In this document: positions 63,361 to 64,000 of the stretch, piece by piece
Layout of the letters: every line of letters starts with the position of its first letter
Position numbering within the stretch: position 1 is the first letter of the stretch
Source: Terriglobales bacterium
Lineage (GTDB): Bacteria > Acidobacteriota > Terriglobia > Terriglobales > Acidobacteriaceae
NCBI GenBank assembly: GCA_049585795.1
Contig: JBAVAQ010000023.1
Coordinates: 45,915 to 109,914 of the forward strand
Reading direction: 5' to 3'
DNA length: 64,000 bases
Notes under the pieces: model-generated
Told to the model about the DNA's origin: nothing
What the model saw: only the letters and a program-made list of their open reading frames with translations
The model's database searches: none
Translations under genes and position numbers: made by a program

Positions 63361-63987
63361 TCACACAAACTCTTTCAGTTGCACGCGCAAGGTTTCGTAA
63401 GCGCGAAACAACAGAGACTTAATGGCGGACTCACTCAGCTTCAGAACTTCCGCGATCTGGCGATAGTCCATCTGCTGATACTTGTGCATAACCACAGCCA
63501 TCCGCTGCCGTTCGGGCAGCGCATGTACCCGTTCCCGGATGGCTGCCAACCGCTCGCGTCTGACGATCACCTCTTCCGCGCTGAGCGAGTCGTCGGGCAC
63601 ATCCATGGTCAACCCGCTTTCCTGGTCCGGTTCGTCCAGGCTCACGGTATTTTCCGGACGCTGATGCCGGGTATCGCGGGCGTGATTTACCGCCAGATTG
63701 CTCGCAATCCGATACAGCCAGGTGGTAAACTTCGCGCTCGCTTCGTAAGTCTCGCGCGAGCGATACACGCGTAGAAATACCTCCTGCGCCAGATCCTCGG
63801 CCACGGCCGTGTTGTGTGCCATTCGATACATGAAGCTCAACATGGGCCGGCGATATTTCTGCACCAGATAATCGAAAGCTGCCTCATCGCCAGCCTTCAC
63901 CCGCAACATGATCTGGGCGTCCGTCAATCCTTCGCCAGAGGGCTCGCCAGCAATTTTCGCCCCAGCATGAGACGGGACACCCGCCAT
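63361..63987 (-). CDS. ECF-type RNA polymerase sigma factor (sigma-70 family)
   Basis: Region 2 AEDLAQEVFLRVY and TWLYRIASN. Region 4 MDYRQIAEVLKLSESAIKSLLFRA. The exact start is uncertain. Confidence 0.88.
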   Translation of the reverse strand: MAGVPSHAGAKIAGEPSGEGLTDAQIMLRVKAGDEAAFDYLVQKYRRPMLSFMYRMAHNTAVAEDLAQEVFLRVYRSRETYEASAKFTTWLYRIASNLAVNHARDTRHQRPENTVSLDEPDQESGLTMDVPDDSLSAEEVIVRRERLAAIRERVHALPERQRMAVVMHKYQQMDYRQIAEVLKLSESAIKSLLFRAYETLRVQLKEFV

Positions 63988-64000
63988 CGACAGAAACCCG

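Noticed and set aside
62761-63774. 337-aa + strand ORF
   Set aside because: It is antisense to the anti-sigma and ECF sigma genes, both of which have clear motifs.
1-64000. CRISPR arrays, rRNA genes, riboswitches
   Set aside because: I saw no regularly spaced direct repeats. The hairpin repeats are irregularly spaced and inverted. I recognised no rRNA-like or known riboswitch consensus by eye, and a covariance-model scan (Rfam/Infernal) would be needed to exclude small RNAs.

Overview
GC-rich bacterial window. The intergenic repeat families and gene content (GloVer-repeat protein, Ig-repeat sedolisin, ECF sigma/anti-sigma/DUF3106 operon) suggest Acidobacteriota, but this is inference only. 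It splits into two parts. (A) 1-27.8 kb is accessory or mobile. It holds a complete His-Xaa-Ser (hxsADBC) twin radical-SAM peptide-maturation operon with an 11x His-Xaa-Ser precursor and an extra His-rich secreted peptide. Next comes a tightly overlapping 5-gene operon built around two nuclease-like proteins (DUF2130-like and DUF2779), which I rank as the best candidate for an undescribed defence or mobile-element system. A serine-recombinase, phage-like module follows, then two tandem DUF1254/DUF1214 paralogs and an IS407-group remnant that truncates an SRAP/YedK gene. The part ends in a defence-type island at the 3' end of tRNA-Leu(CAA), with a tyrosine integrase, replication and HTH genes, an anti-phage dCTP deaminase with a coupled 57-aa ORF, and an ASCH + GIY-YIG gene pair. 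(B) 27.9-64 kb is mostly core. It carries persulfide dioxygenase-rhodanese, OsmC, tRNA-Leu(CAG), an aromatic supraoperon (trpC-trpF-trpB-trpA, chorismate mutase, DAHP synthase, tyrA), scoA/scoB split by an inserted EVE-HNH nuclease gene, an M28 peptidase, mutY, rlpA, an EAL-HDOD protein, an S53 peptidase, a HAMP-SpoIIE phosphatase, trxB, proline dehydrogenase and an ECF sigma operon. Several families of palindromic REP/MITE-like repeats fill the intergenic spacers of part B. I found no rRNA and no CRISPR array. All family assignments come from motif recognition by eye. No searches were run.
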